A DNA stretch of 64,000 nt, taken from Macrostomum lignano (Eukaryota). The notes under the pieces are model-generated. The model worked only from the letters and a program-made list of their open reading frames with translations, was not told where the DNA came from and ran no database searches. The stretch is taken from contig NIVC01000215.1 in the NCBI GenBank assembly GCA_002269645.1, forward strand, positions 620,001 to 684,000, read 5' to 3'. Shown here in pieces: positions 11,401-22,800 of this stretch (positions are counted from its first letter, which is position 1; each line of letters starts with the position of its first letter). The translations under genes were made by a program, and so were the position numbers.

Positions 11401-13922
11401 GCAAAATCTATAAATTATGCAATTTATATAGATTTACATCTAATATCCAGTTTAACAACGATTTTCTTTGAATGTGAAAATATTGTTTACTTTTGACAAT
11501 TGTGTATCGTTTTTCCCAGTTTGAGATGTTTGATTTTTGATGTGCGAAAGAAGACGCGCAGATTACAACGGGAATCTCCAGCGATTAAGTTATGAGGCAA
11601 ACAAAAAGAGCTGCTGAGCGGTAATTCTGGCTCATATATTTCTCAGTTCATTGGGAGATCTAAAAGTAAGCAAATTGATTCCAATGCTGTTGTATTACTA
11701 CTCAAGTAAGCAAGGAAACCGCGATCTCAACGTACATGTGTAGACGAGTCGAATGCGGTACGTTTTTATAGTAAGCTATATAGCTGAATAGCCAGACAAG
11801 CCGCCAGTAGCAAGCTAGTAGAATAGCAAGCGCTAGACACTACGTATGCAAAGCTTAGTCATGCCAAGGACTACTAAAGTAGAAGTACGCAGCACTCGAA
11901 ATCTATGAAAAATGTTTTGAAGGCCATAGGGAGATAGGAAGTTTTCATCTTTTCAGCACAACAATTGTTATTGCTTTCATACGAGGCAAACCCAATGTTC
12001 ATCTTTTGATATGTTGTGCCAAAATCGTTGTTAAACTAGATATTAGACGTTAGACTGATGAACTGCATAATTTATATATTTTGCTTTCAAACTTGTATAT
12101 ATGCGAATGACCGTCAAAAAGTTGGAGTGAAAACGGTTTTTGTCAAACCGCTAAACTGCGAATGTTTCAGTATCAAATTTTTCACTGACTGGCTGGCAAA
12201 CGTCCCACTGGCAAACGTCGGCTGGCAAACGTCGGCTGGCAAATGTCGGCTGGCAAACGTCCCGCAGGCAAACGTCGGCTGGCAAACGTCCCGCAGGCAA
12301 ACGTCGCTATCCCGTGTACCAGATCTCTGGTGTCTTCTGTGTATTCTAATGTCTTCTGTGTACCAGATCTCTGGTGTCTTCTGTGTATTCCAATGTCTTC
12401 TGTGAACCAGATCTCTGATGTCTTCTGTGTATTCTAATGTCTTCTGTGTACCAGAGCTCTGGTGTCTTCTGTGTATTCTAATGTCTTCTGTGAACCAGAT
12501 CTCTGATGTCTTCTGTGTATTCTAATGTCTTCTGTGTACCAGAGCTCTGGTGTCTTCTGTGTAATAGAGCTATGGTGTCTTCTGTGTATTCTAATGTCTT
12601 CTGTGTACCAGAGCTCTGGTGTCTTCTGTGTATTCTAATGTCTTCTGTGAACCAGATCTCTGATGTCTTCTGTGTATTCCAATGTCTTCTGTGAACCAGA
12701 TCTCTGATGTCTTCTGTGTATTCTAATGTCTTCTGTGTACCAGAGCTCTGGTGTCTTCTGTGTAATAGAGCTATGGTGTCTTCTGTGTATTCTAATGTCT
12801 TCTGTGTACCAGAGCTCTGGTGTCTTCTGTGTAATAGAGCTATGGTGTCTTCTGTGTATTCTAATGTCTTCTGTGTACCAGAGCTATGGTGTCTTCTGTG
12901 TATTCTAATGTCTTCTGTGTAATAGAGCTATGGTGTCTTCTGTGTATTCTAATGTCTTCTGTGTAATAGAGCTATGGTTTCTTCTGTGTATTTTAATTTA
13001 TTGGGTGTACCAGAACTTCAATGTCTTCTGTGTACCAGCTATAGAACTGTTGTGTCCTCGCGTATCAAATTGCTAATACCGCTTGGAAATTAAATTTTAT
13101 TCAACAAAATCGCTTAAAAAACTACACGCAGGACCGTTCGCTCACCATTGTAACCTATGCTCTGTGTGGATTTGCCAACATCAGCTCCATCGGCATTCAG
13201 CTAGGCATGTTCTCCGTGCTCACGCCTAAGCGAAAGAATGAAATTGTGCCGCTGGTGCTGCGCGGAGTTATCACGGGGACGCTGGCCAATTTGCTGACGG
13301 CGAGCATTGCTGGTGAGTTGATTGAGAGGGGAGGAAAGTTTATGATTGTTTATGATGGTTGAGGAGACGTTCAGAAGGTTAGAAGCCCGCTGGAATGAGT
13401 GGGGAGGGGTTGATGGGTTTAGCAGCCCGCTGGAATGAGTGGGGAGGGGTTGATGGGTTTAGCAGCCCGCTGGAATGAGTGGGGAGGGTTTGATGGGTTT
13501 AGCAGCCCGCTGGAATGAGTGGGGAGGGGTTGATGGGTTTAGAAGCCCGCTGGAATGAGTGGGGAGGGGTTGAGGGGGGTTAGCAGCCCGCTGGAATGAA
13601 TGGGGGTTGAGAGGGTTAATTAGCAGCCGCTAGAATGACTGGGGGGTTGAGGGGTTAATTAGCAGCCCGCTGGAATGACTGGGGGGTTGAGGGGGTTAAT
13701 TAGCAGCCGCTGGAATGAATGGGGGTTGAGAGGGTTAATTAGCAGCCGCTAGAATGACTGGGGGGTTGAGGGGGTTAATTAGCAGCCGCTAGAATGAATG
13801 GGGAGGGGTTGAGGGGGTTAATTAGCAGTCGCTGGAATGAATGGTTATTTTATGGTGCATTTATGTTGAAATTTGCACTTTACTGTTTTTCAGGTATTTT
13901 CTACAATCCTACTTCAACTTAA
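2442..13922 (+). CDS. SLC28: Concentrative nucleoside transporter (SLC28/CNT), last five exons; 5' part lies outside the window
   Basis: Exons 2442-2687, 3472-3784, 6276-6439, 13132-13312, 13894-13922 (TAA), all GT-AG and phase-consistent. CNT motifs [65 protein letters not shown]. Confidence 0.93.
2700..3000. repeat. Intronic minisatellite, ~20-bp unit gatacctgttagataggaat
   Basis: Tandem copies start just after the donor at 2688. Confidence 0.9.
3020..3430. repeat. Intronic minisatellite, 21-bp unit gatattttagacacgaatac(c/t)
   Basis: About 19 near-identical copies. They produce the spurious DILDTNT ORF. Confidence 0.95.
3808..6110. repeat. Intronic minisatellite, 32-bp unit gaatgga(t/c)tgctagtctatccaacttcaatta
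   Basis: About 70 tandem copies, degenerating toward the 3' end. Confidence 0.95.
6570..7280. repeat. Composite 22/23-bp minisatellite (acaaacagacagaaacaacaac / acaatgcagacagaaacaacaac)
   Basis: Tandem copies. All overlapping ORFs here are repeat translations. Confidence 0.9.
7473..9990 (-). CDS. inx: Innexin, two exons, nested antisense in an SLC28 intron (~401 aa)
   Basis: Exon 1 9990-9651 (DFADSL..TM1..[17 protein letters not shown]), donor g|gtgagc. Exon 2 8338-7473, acceptor ccgcag|at, giving [38 protein letters not shown]. Both extracellular Cys pairs are present and phases join. Confidence 0.9.
8404..9580. repeat. Minisatellite in the innexin intron, 24-bp unit cagagcagaggatggtaaagatat with a 19-bp variant
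   Basis: Tandem copies fill most of intron 8339-9650. Confidence 0.95.
10455..13030. repeat. Minisatellite (tcttctgtgtaccagatctctgatg / tcttctgtgtattctaatg) split by a foldback element
   Basis: The same units in the same orientation occur at 10455-10874 and 12314-13030. Confidence 0.9.
10875..12313. mobile_element. Non-autonomous foldback/Mutator-like element with long TIRs built of 14-bp subrepeats
   Basis: Arms 10875-~11462 and ~12024-12313 are reverse complements, including ~200 bp of unique sequence. Ends are GGGTCTACGACG and (reverse complement) GGGATAGCGACG. Flanked by gtgtaccag on both sides (8-9 bp TSD, ambiguous within the host repeat). No ORF. Confidence 0.85.
13375..13840. repeat. 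Intronic G-rich minisatellite, ~40-bp unit tagcagcccgctggaatgagtggggaggggttgatgggtt
   Basis: Tandem copies in the last SLC28 intron. Confidence 0.9.
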
Positions 13923-14566
13923 CTAACCAAATTAATCAATTGTGCACAAAGGAACGCGTGTTCGATAGAGTTTGCTTAAGTTATCTTCAGCTCATGTTAC
14001 TGCAATATATTCATGTCCTGCTTAGAACAAGGCGTTCTGAATTGGGTCAGCACAACATTCATAGTACACTTAGCAAATTGGTAAAAATAATTAAAGCTTT
14101 ATGTAGCGGTATTTTTAGGGCGATAAATTATTGAGTATAGAAATATTATTTTCAAATACATAGCGCATTGTATGTTTTTAAATAATTAAAACTGCAAGAT
14201 TACTGCAATGGAAATTTATAATTAAAAAATCCTAAAGCAAATGTACACGTAGCTACATGTTTCTTATATGCTTCTAGCATGTACTTTGTCGGTATTTTTA
14301 TAGATAGTATTACGTATACAATTTTCTGTTGTCAAAAAAGATTAGTGTACATTTTTTCTTTCAAATTAATTTTTTCAATATAAAATATATAGCTTTGATA
14401 CGCTGACAATCAAAATCTATTGCAAAGCAGAAGTTTTTACGGATTCTTATACAGCAGGCATGCACAGCAGCATGCTTATATATGAACGGTAGCCGATCGA
14501 CTTTTCCTGTTGTCTACATCGTAGTTAATTTTTATAAATTGTGTCCCCCAATATACTGCATGTACA

Positions 14567-15473
14567 TGTTTTATTTATTCTAGTATAATTACGAGTATAT
14601 ATATGAGACGAGATTCATATATTATGAGAACACATTAGCAAAAACCGCCAGCCGCCTCAACACTGGCCGGTCAAATCTTAATAGACACGGTTGTAGCTGG
14701 TCAATGACTGACTCGATATTAAATATGATGTGTTCCTTATTACCCGACTTTTGGTAATCGAAGAACACTCACTTCTAGCTCAACAGCTAGGCAACCCAGT
14801 AAGTCAATTAAAGGTACTTCTTACCTTGACGTCGCTTGGAGATATCTCTTCTGTAGTCTTCGAGTAGATCTCGCTTGGATCTCTTTGTGATCTCGTAGAT
14901 CAGGCGCCTTGATTCTTCAGTTGCTCTGGTCCTGGTTCCTCTTGTACTTCCGATAAGTTCTTCCGGCCGGTATCTTCCGTCAGGACCAATCAGAGGCCTC
15001 GTATCAACAATGGGATCCCTGCGCCAAACTGCGGTCTAAATTAAGCCTCCTTCTTCTAGCAGTGCCTCTATGCACTCTAGGTATGGCTCCGGAAACCACT
15101 GATAGTCTCCTAAGATCTATCAGGGGCAGTCCTTCTGGAGACTGCAACCAATGGAGTCTAAACAGACTCAAGAGTCTCAACAGACTCAAATAGACTCAAG
15201 TCTCAATAGACTTGAGCGAGACGTCTCTAACACAACGGGCGCAAATAAGGAAGGCTTACCGCAACAACTCGACCGAGTCTCGATTGACTTGGTGATCAGG
15301 AAGTCCTCCTAAGGCTTCCTCTCGGAGCTTCCTCTTCCGTGGGGAGAATGACTCCGGTACCGCTTCAGATCGCTTGTATTTATAGGCAACTTTTTGCTCC
15401 AAAATAGCATCATTACAATTCACGTGTTGCGCTAAAAGGGGAAAATGGCTCATGGCGTATCATTTTGGTAACA
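14567..15473 (-). mobile_element. Possible solo-LTR-like sequence
   Basis: On the minus strand it begins TGTTACCA, has TATAAATA at ~15376-15383 and ends AATAAATAAAACA. No TSD, PBS or PPT found, so the call is weak. Confidence 0.3.
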
Positions 15474-15699
15474 TCTTTTCCTGGTAGCGTGATTCATTCA
15501 AAGCTTAGGCGCACATGCGTGTACTTACTTACTTATAGTAGCATTATACGATTATCTTCTTTTTACCTTTTTAACGGGAGGTAGAACACTCTACAAATAT
15601 TTTCAAATGGATGTGCAGTTATTGAAAACTATACGCATATCACGTTCAAGCATATTTGCTTATATGTACGTCCAGTAGTGTACATGTAGTCTACTTTGA

Positions 15700-18650
15700 C
15701 TTACATGTAGCTGCAGGGTGGTCCGTATACAGCGGGGAGGCGAGAGGGTCGCCCATTCCGCTAGCCCCTGAAGGCCCTGCAGACAGACAGAGGCGTGGGG
15801 CCGGTCGTCAGGTTGATCCGCCTGTCCGTTCTGCAGCGTGATCTTCCGTGGGGATCGAAGAAACTGGCTCGTCTTGTCGCCCAGAGGAACTGGATGAGCC
15901 GTGGGATGCTGTCGGGCTGGCAGACCTCTTCAATGGACGGGTTCGGCCCGAGGTAGCGTAGCCGGTCTCTGGTAAACAAAGGGCAATGACAAACAAAGTG
16001 CTGAGCATTTTCATCGTCGTAAAAAGGTTAAAGTTCACTCTTGAGGTCTCCTCAGAGGAAGCAGTGTCTGGCGAGGTAGCCATGGCCTGTAAAGGTCATG
16101 ACAAGGGCTCGAATATCCTTCCGATTTCGGAAAACCGATGGAACTCCTTTAGGTCGACTCGAAGGTTTCCCAATCAATGTTTCTGGCGTTCCGTCTCCAC
16201 GTAAAACGATTTGCGCTACGCGCGGCCATCAGGTTGAAGGAGAATGAACTTGTGATCGGAGAGTGAGGACGCTGAAAGCACCCGCCACGCCCCAATACTC
16301 TGGTAGAGCCTGGGTGTTGCGAGGGTGGCGTCGATCACCTCCGACCACCGTCCGCGTTGTCAAATGTAGGGGTGGACCCAGAGTTGCAAAACTCGAGGGT
16401 CGTAGATCGAGGCAATGTAGGCTAGTAAGTCTTCACCTCTCTGATTAATGCCCGTGCTGCCCCAGTGACTATGGTGTGCATTTATGTCGCGGGCAACCAT
16501 GAGCTCGTAGTTTTTGGCAGAGCAACGAGGGTTCTGGGGACGACAGCAGCAACACCTAGTAGGTAAACCGAGGCAATGAGGGTGGTCTTCCCAGGAAGGA
16601 GGTCCTCAGATTGGATAACGCAGATGTCCCTGTTAGACACCGGGAGGCTGATTGGCCCTGCGGGAGTAAGTATAGAAATAGTTGCAGCCGGAAGAGGCGT
16701 TCTGAGGCTTACCTCTGAGGGACCAGGGTTCCTCGACAAGGATGAGCCCCGGCATTTCGAGCTCGGCGTAACGCATAAGGTTGACCGAGGCTGCGACGCA
16801 GTGCTGCAGGTTGATCTGCAGGCATCGGATACCCTAGCTGCTGAACATTACGAGTAACACGCATTTGGGAAATCGTGGAGCAGGTCATCCTCCTCCTTTT
16901 CAGAGGTGATTGGTCCGCAGACCTCCATGGGAGTTTCGGCGTCCTCGGCAGTTAGGGTGGCTGAGGAGTCCTCCTCGGGCGTGACACCAGCGTGGGCGTT
17001 ATCGTCGCCTCCCCTGAGTGCTTCGGTGCCGTCACTACCCGTCCCCTCAGCCTCGTTGGTGGAGGTCGATGCGGATGACGCCAGCCTCCTGGTGAGTAGC
17101 GGGCTCGAATCAGTCGGTTAGCGCCTCCCCGCCGACAGCCTGACCTTCTGGCTGTTGGGTAGAGCGCGAGAAGTGCGGACCCGCTCACGATACGCCCGGA
17201 GGCTCCTGGGCTGTCCAGCGCGCGCTGAATCAGACCGGACCTCCGGGTGCTCCTGGCAGGTCTGCGGTGCAAACTGCCTTACCGGGCTTGGGGTCAGCCG
17301 CTTGCCTCAGCTTCTTTGCTGGAGGAGCCTGGGCCCTAGTTCCGGTTTCTGAAGCCTCCTAGCATGCTTGGCTTCGTCAGCTTTCCGCTCCTCGCAACGG
17401 AGAATGGTCAGCTGAGTCAAACCAAGGTGGATCGTCGACTTAGGCGGCAAGTGCTTAGCCCAAGCGTCGGAGAGCCCTAGGATCACCGTGGCCCCCTTCT
17501 CCTAGCGGGAAGTGGTGTGGTGTAGGATCCCGTTGATCTCGAGGAGCTTTAGCAGGATCTGCCTAAGCTGATCTCCGGACTTAATAGCACTGCCGGCCGG
17601 TATCCAGAAGCGAAAGCGCTGGGTCTTTTGTCGCTCGCCCTCGCTGGCAAAGACGAGCTTGCCGAGCTTCTTAGGCCAGTTCAGTTTCGGCAGAATCTCG
17701 CGTAGACTGCGGTTGCTCTCCTCCGAGTTGCACCAGATGAAGATACAGCCGTCGGTCTTGGCAGATTTGACCACGCTCACGGGACGGCCTTCCAGGAGCT
17801 GGTCAATGAGCTCAGCATCGACGGTGCGCCAGGTACTGTCGAGTTCATCGGCAGTGAGGTCTTGCTCCTCCCCGAAGACGATGATCGCCAGTTGGAACTT
17901 GACCATTGAGGCGTAGTTAGTGGCGGCGGTTCCCGAAGGCCCGGCCGCGCTAATGGCAGGTTTGCTGGGTGGCATAACAGCAAAGGTTTTTACCTGGGGG
18001 GCAGGGGTCTCTGTGGTTCCTTAAGGCCCGACAGCAGCCTCGTCCTCCCGAGGTTCTCCCTCCGCAGGTGGCCGGCCCGCAGCTTCCCTGTTCCGTTGTC
18101 GCCGTCGCCGCTCATTGCAGCTTTGGTTAAGAGCACGTCGGGCCTCCGCGGAGGGCCCGGGTGCGCGTGCGGGCTTGTTGCCAGACGAGCCGGCGTTGAG
18201 CCCAGCCCAACTGTCCCCGGTGGGGCGGCGCTGGCGCCAGAATCACCGGAAGGAGTGAGCAGAGTCACAAAAGGAAGGAAAAAATGAGAAAAGGACCGCT
18301 AGCGACCAGATTACTGCCCGGTCTTCCAGCCCCATCGGCGCGGTCAGAGGGTAAATGTACGTTAAGCACCGCGGCCTGCAGGCTGGCGAGCCAGACCAGC
18401 ATACCTAAGTTCGGCCAAAGCCACTGGATATATATGCATGGGTACCCAGCGTCGGAGTCCATGTCTGTCAAGCAGCCCTAGGGTCTGCCTTGAACAAACG
18501 CCCTGCTGGTACCGCTGGGTCGACTTGCGAGACAGCGTGGGGAGGGGGGTCTGCGGCTGCCAGCGGCAAATAGAGGGTGCAGACCTCCCACCAGCTTTAA
18601 CCTGCTGCTGAAGATAGGGGCAGGCGTGAAGCATCGCAGACCTTATAGCC
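15700..18650 (-). mobile_element. Degenerate non-LTR retrotransposon (R1/LOA/I-like) with ORF1, APE endonuclease and C-terminal CCHC domain, but RT deleted
   Basis: ORF1 remnant ~18270-17000. APE remnant ~16850-16200 (IRCLQINLQH, LVEEPW, DINAHHSHWGS, TPTF, VIDATL, SDHKFI). It joins almost directly (~16140) to RKDIRALVMTFTGHGYLARH..AQHFVCHCPLFTRDRLRYLG. Many stops and frameshifts. Ends are approximate. Confidence 0.85.
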
Positions 18651-18905
18651 CATAGTCCCAGTCTGTCTCATACTTCACTGGCATGCTGAATGCGCCTTTG
18701 CGTGTTAATCTTTGTAAATAAATGAATCATGCATGTACACATGCCACATGCAGATCGTAAAAAACAGTACTGAGTATACTTCAACATACGTGAAACTAAT
18801 AATGCATGGCAGAAAATAGTGTATTTAATTATGTGTAATACTTTTACTGATCAAATAGTGCATGTACATGCCTATTTCCGCCTGCCAGCAGAAAAACAGC
18901 GTCAT

Positions 18906-19302
18906 CATGCGCGTTGCCACCTGTGGGGGGGAATGGGGGGGCAAATCCCCCCCCCAGTAAAAGCTCTGGGGGGGACATGCCAATACTTTGTCCCCCCACC
19001 CCACCTGAGTCGTGCAATCATAATAACTTTTCTTGAGGGCGCCAAAATAAAGCGCCTTCGGCGCCAAAATGAGTGCCTGCGGCGCTAAAATGAGTGCCTG
19101 CGGCGCTAAAAGGAATGCCTGCGGCAATAAAAGGAATGCCTGCGGCGCAAAAATGAGTGACTGCGGCGCTAAATGAATTGCTTGCGGCGCCAAAATGAGT
19201 GCCTGCGGCGCCTAAATGAGTGCCAAAATTTAGTCCTGTACATGTACATTTTGAATTTTTGGCTTTGTCCCCCTCACCATAAAATCCATGGCGACGCCCC
19301 TG
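18906..19302. mobile_element. hAT-like MITE
   Basis: Exact 8-bp TSD agcgtcat (18898-18905 and 19303-19310). Imperfect TIRs CATGCGCGTTGCCA / CAGGGGCGTCGCCA. Internal ~23-bp tandem unit aaaatgagtgcctgcggcgct. Confidence 0.8.
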
Positions 19303-19866
19303 AGCGTCATTTTAATTACATGCTACATATGCACATCCAAATTACAAAGTACCTCAAGCAGGCCATCCAGCTGAAAATCCGTAGCTCGCTTCTCCCACAA
19401 AAGTTTTTTTGGCTTTTAAAATAAATAGCAGTACGGTGGAGAATATGAAACTTGGAGGGACGCCTTGTTTCCTGAATCATTATATCTATTTTTAATTCAT
19501 GTTCTATTTCGGAAAATGAAAGTGGGCAAATTTAGCACAAAGTAAATGTAACCAGTATTGAGCAGAGTGCTTAAACTGCAATTAAATCCGTGCAAAATGT
19601 ATTTTATAATATTAAGTAAAGTACTGTTAACAAAGAATAAAACAAACAGTGGTAGTTTTAAAAACCTTTGTTTCTTTGTTATAAACTTTGGTATAAAAAG
19701 TTACTTTTTAACGTACATTACGTATTTCCTAGATAAATATAGATTTCTCGTCAAATTTTCAATCACAACTTTGCTTTCTTGTTGGAAAATTTTAGTTTAA
19801 CAGGCGTATCGTGGTATTGTAAGATAATTTTTATTACAAGCAATAACGTTCTTGGCAAACTTCAGT

Positions 19867-22800
19867 ATGGCTGATGAAGTTGGTGATGTTGAAAAGGTAG
19901 GCACATATTTTCAAGCGTCACTTGCTTTAGTAGGGCTATATGCCATATGGTATTTTATTTATGCAACTTCCTTATACCTATATAAACTAAATAGGTATAG
20001 ACACAAGCCTATCAAATAATTTTCACAGTACACAGTACAGCAGGCCTAGGCTAGGACTAGCAACCCCTATTCTGGGTTTTTTCACTGGCACTAGGATGCA
20101 AAATCGCATCAAAGGTCCAAGTTCAAGATGAATTTGGAAAATCAAGATGTTGTATACTGAGTTTTTTGGGCCATATGGGGTTTTTTGGCCCATTGAAAAT
20201 CTCATTGGCAACTGGATTTTTGGCATCAGAGGCCAATTTGGCAACTTTATTTTCCCCATGCAAGTTGCCAATTTCATAATATGATTTAGTAAATATAATA
20301 AAAGTGCCATATGATTATGAATCAATATGATGGAATTGTTAGTTTGTTATTGTTTGCAGCAAAGATAGCTATCTTAGAGCTAAGAGAACAAATTTCTGCT
20401 TTTTAAACATAGCCTTGAAAATATCCATCCCTGAATTTGGCTAGTTGCCAATGGGCAACCAAAAATAGCCATTGGCAACTGGATTTTGAGCCCCAAGGCC
20501 AGACTCTGGATGGTATACATGTATGCTGGAATTTTATGGCATACAGAGGGACCTAGATTACACCATTGGCATACAACTTGGCATATAAAGGGGGCCTTGT
20601 ATGCCCTTTTGGCATACATACAGCTTGGTGTATAGAGATTGCCAAGACCAACAAGTGGGACCAAAAGTTTCAAGTCCCAACAATCAATCTACACAATTAG
20701 CATGCAAAAATGATTAAGTTTTCATTTGGCACAATCACCATGTACATAGTTATAGTAACTAAATTTTGATCAGAAAGAATAGCCGGCCCTTTACAAAAAA
20801 AAACAGAAAACTTAATTTAAAAAAACTGGTTTTAACTTTTATAAGAAATTAAAAGTAAAACAATAATAGTTAAAATGAACTAGTTCTCTACACTTTAGGT
20901 AAAAACTAAATGTATATAATTTAAAAATTTTAACTTTATAATGCTTCAATGCAATTCAAACCTAATTTTTTTTATTTGATCTCTATTTAGTATTTTGGAT
21001 ATGTATTTCAATAAGACTGTATAGCAATGTAATATATAAAAAAATTACTTTAAATTGTATAATAATCTAAAAAAATACATGTAGAACCTTTTACTGTTGG
21101 TCTTATATTTTAGCCTTTCAAACATGCATATAAATTGGCATGTATAAAGCATACTTGTACAATATTGTATTCAGTGTTGTGTTATTAGCATCCCCCTTTG
21201 AATTGAATACCTGTTTAGTTAAATATTTTCAACAATCTTTTAGGGCAAGATTGCTGCTAACTTTCTGCTCCACTCGCCTCCTGGAGAGTCTACTGAGGTT
21301 TGGCAAGGTGAGTTTTGCTAAACAAAAATAATTTTAGACATTTTATTCCGATTCTATATATACTACTTAAGACTCACTATGTTCCCTCCCTCAGATCTGA
21401 AAGTACTATTAGATGACGAGCAGATTGTCCGCAGTAAACTGCTACCTGCGCTGATCAAGTATAACAAAGACCAGCTCACTCCAGTTTCGGTTGAGAACAG
21501 CAAGTTGCGCTGCTTGGTGACGCAGTATAATGACCTCGGGGGCGGCCGTTTTGCCGACCACCGCACCCAGCAGAGCTTCAAGTTCGATCATCTGAAGCGA
21601 GAGGCTACCGATTTTCAGGTATTCAACTAATATCCTTGAAGCAGCTAAATCATGAAGTCATGGAAACTAGTCCTGAATTCATGGAATCTGTAGTCCCTGA
21701 AGTCATGGAATCTGTAGTCCCTGAAGTCATGTAAACTGTAGTCCCTGAAGTCATGGAATCTGTAGTCCCTGAAGGCATGGAAACTGTAGTCCCTGAAGTC
21801 ATGGAATCTGTAGTCCCTGAAGTCATGAAATCTGTAGTCCCTGAAGTCATGGAATCTGTAGTCCCTGAAGTCATGGAATCTGTAGTCCCTGAAGTCATGG
21901 AATCTGTAGTCCCTGAAGTCATGGAATCTGTAGTCCCTGAAGTCATGGAATCTGTAGTCCCTGAAGGCATGGAATCTGTAGTCCCTGAAGTCATGGAATC
22001 TGTAGTCCCTGAAGTCATGGAATCTGTAGTCCCTGAAGTCATGGAATCTGTAGTCCCTGAAGTCATGGAATCTGTAGTCCCTGAAGTCATGGAATCTGTA
22101 GTCCCTGAAGTCATGGAATCTGTAGTCCCTGAAGTCATGGAATCTGTAGTCCCTGAAGTCATGGAATCTGTAGTCCCTGAAGGCATGGAATCTGTAGTCC
22201 CTGAAGTCATGGAATCTGTAGTCCCTGAAGGCATGGAATCTGTAGTCCCTGAAGGCATGGAATCTGTAGTCCCTGAAGTCATGGAATCTGTAGTCCCTGA
22301 AGGCATGGAATCTGTAGTCCCTGAAGTGATGGAATCCGTAGTCCCTGAAGGCATGGAAACTAGACAAACAAATTTAAATTAACAATTCTCATCTGCCCAG
22401 GAGCTGACACTCCCAGACGATGTCTTGGCCCTGACGAAGCCTCTGGACGACGAGATCAGCAAGTACGTCGAAGACCAGTTCCAACGCGGCAGCAGCTCCA
22501 TTTTTGGCAAAAAATCCCCTGACACTGGCGACATCGAGCTGACTATCTGCATTGAGGCGCATCATTTCAAGTCGAAGAATTTCCAGAACGGCCGCTGGCG
22601 CAGCATCTGGTCCTGCACCGTGCCCAGCGGCGGCCTGGCTGGGGAGAAGACTGTCTCCTGGACTGGAAAAATTAAGGTTCAGGTGAGCTTGCCAGTGTGG
22701 GCCACCTGCTTGAACTGGATGCTAGCGTCCCCTGCAGTGCTAGCCGTCCCTTCTCTCCTACTCTCCCTCCTCCCTCTCCCTCTCCCTTCGCTCCCCTCCC

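Noticed and set aside
18560-18640. HDV-like ribozyme at the LINE 5' end (GCCUGC/GCAGGU helix on the minus strand)
   Set aside because: Only about 14 nt lie between the P1 strands, too few for P2, P3 and L3, and no convincing P1.1 or J4/2 was found.
20040-20680. Clustered ttggcaact/agttgccaa motifs in CAPZA intron 1 as a DNA transposon
   Set aside because: The motifs look subterminal, but no TIR pair or TSD could be defined.
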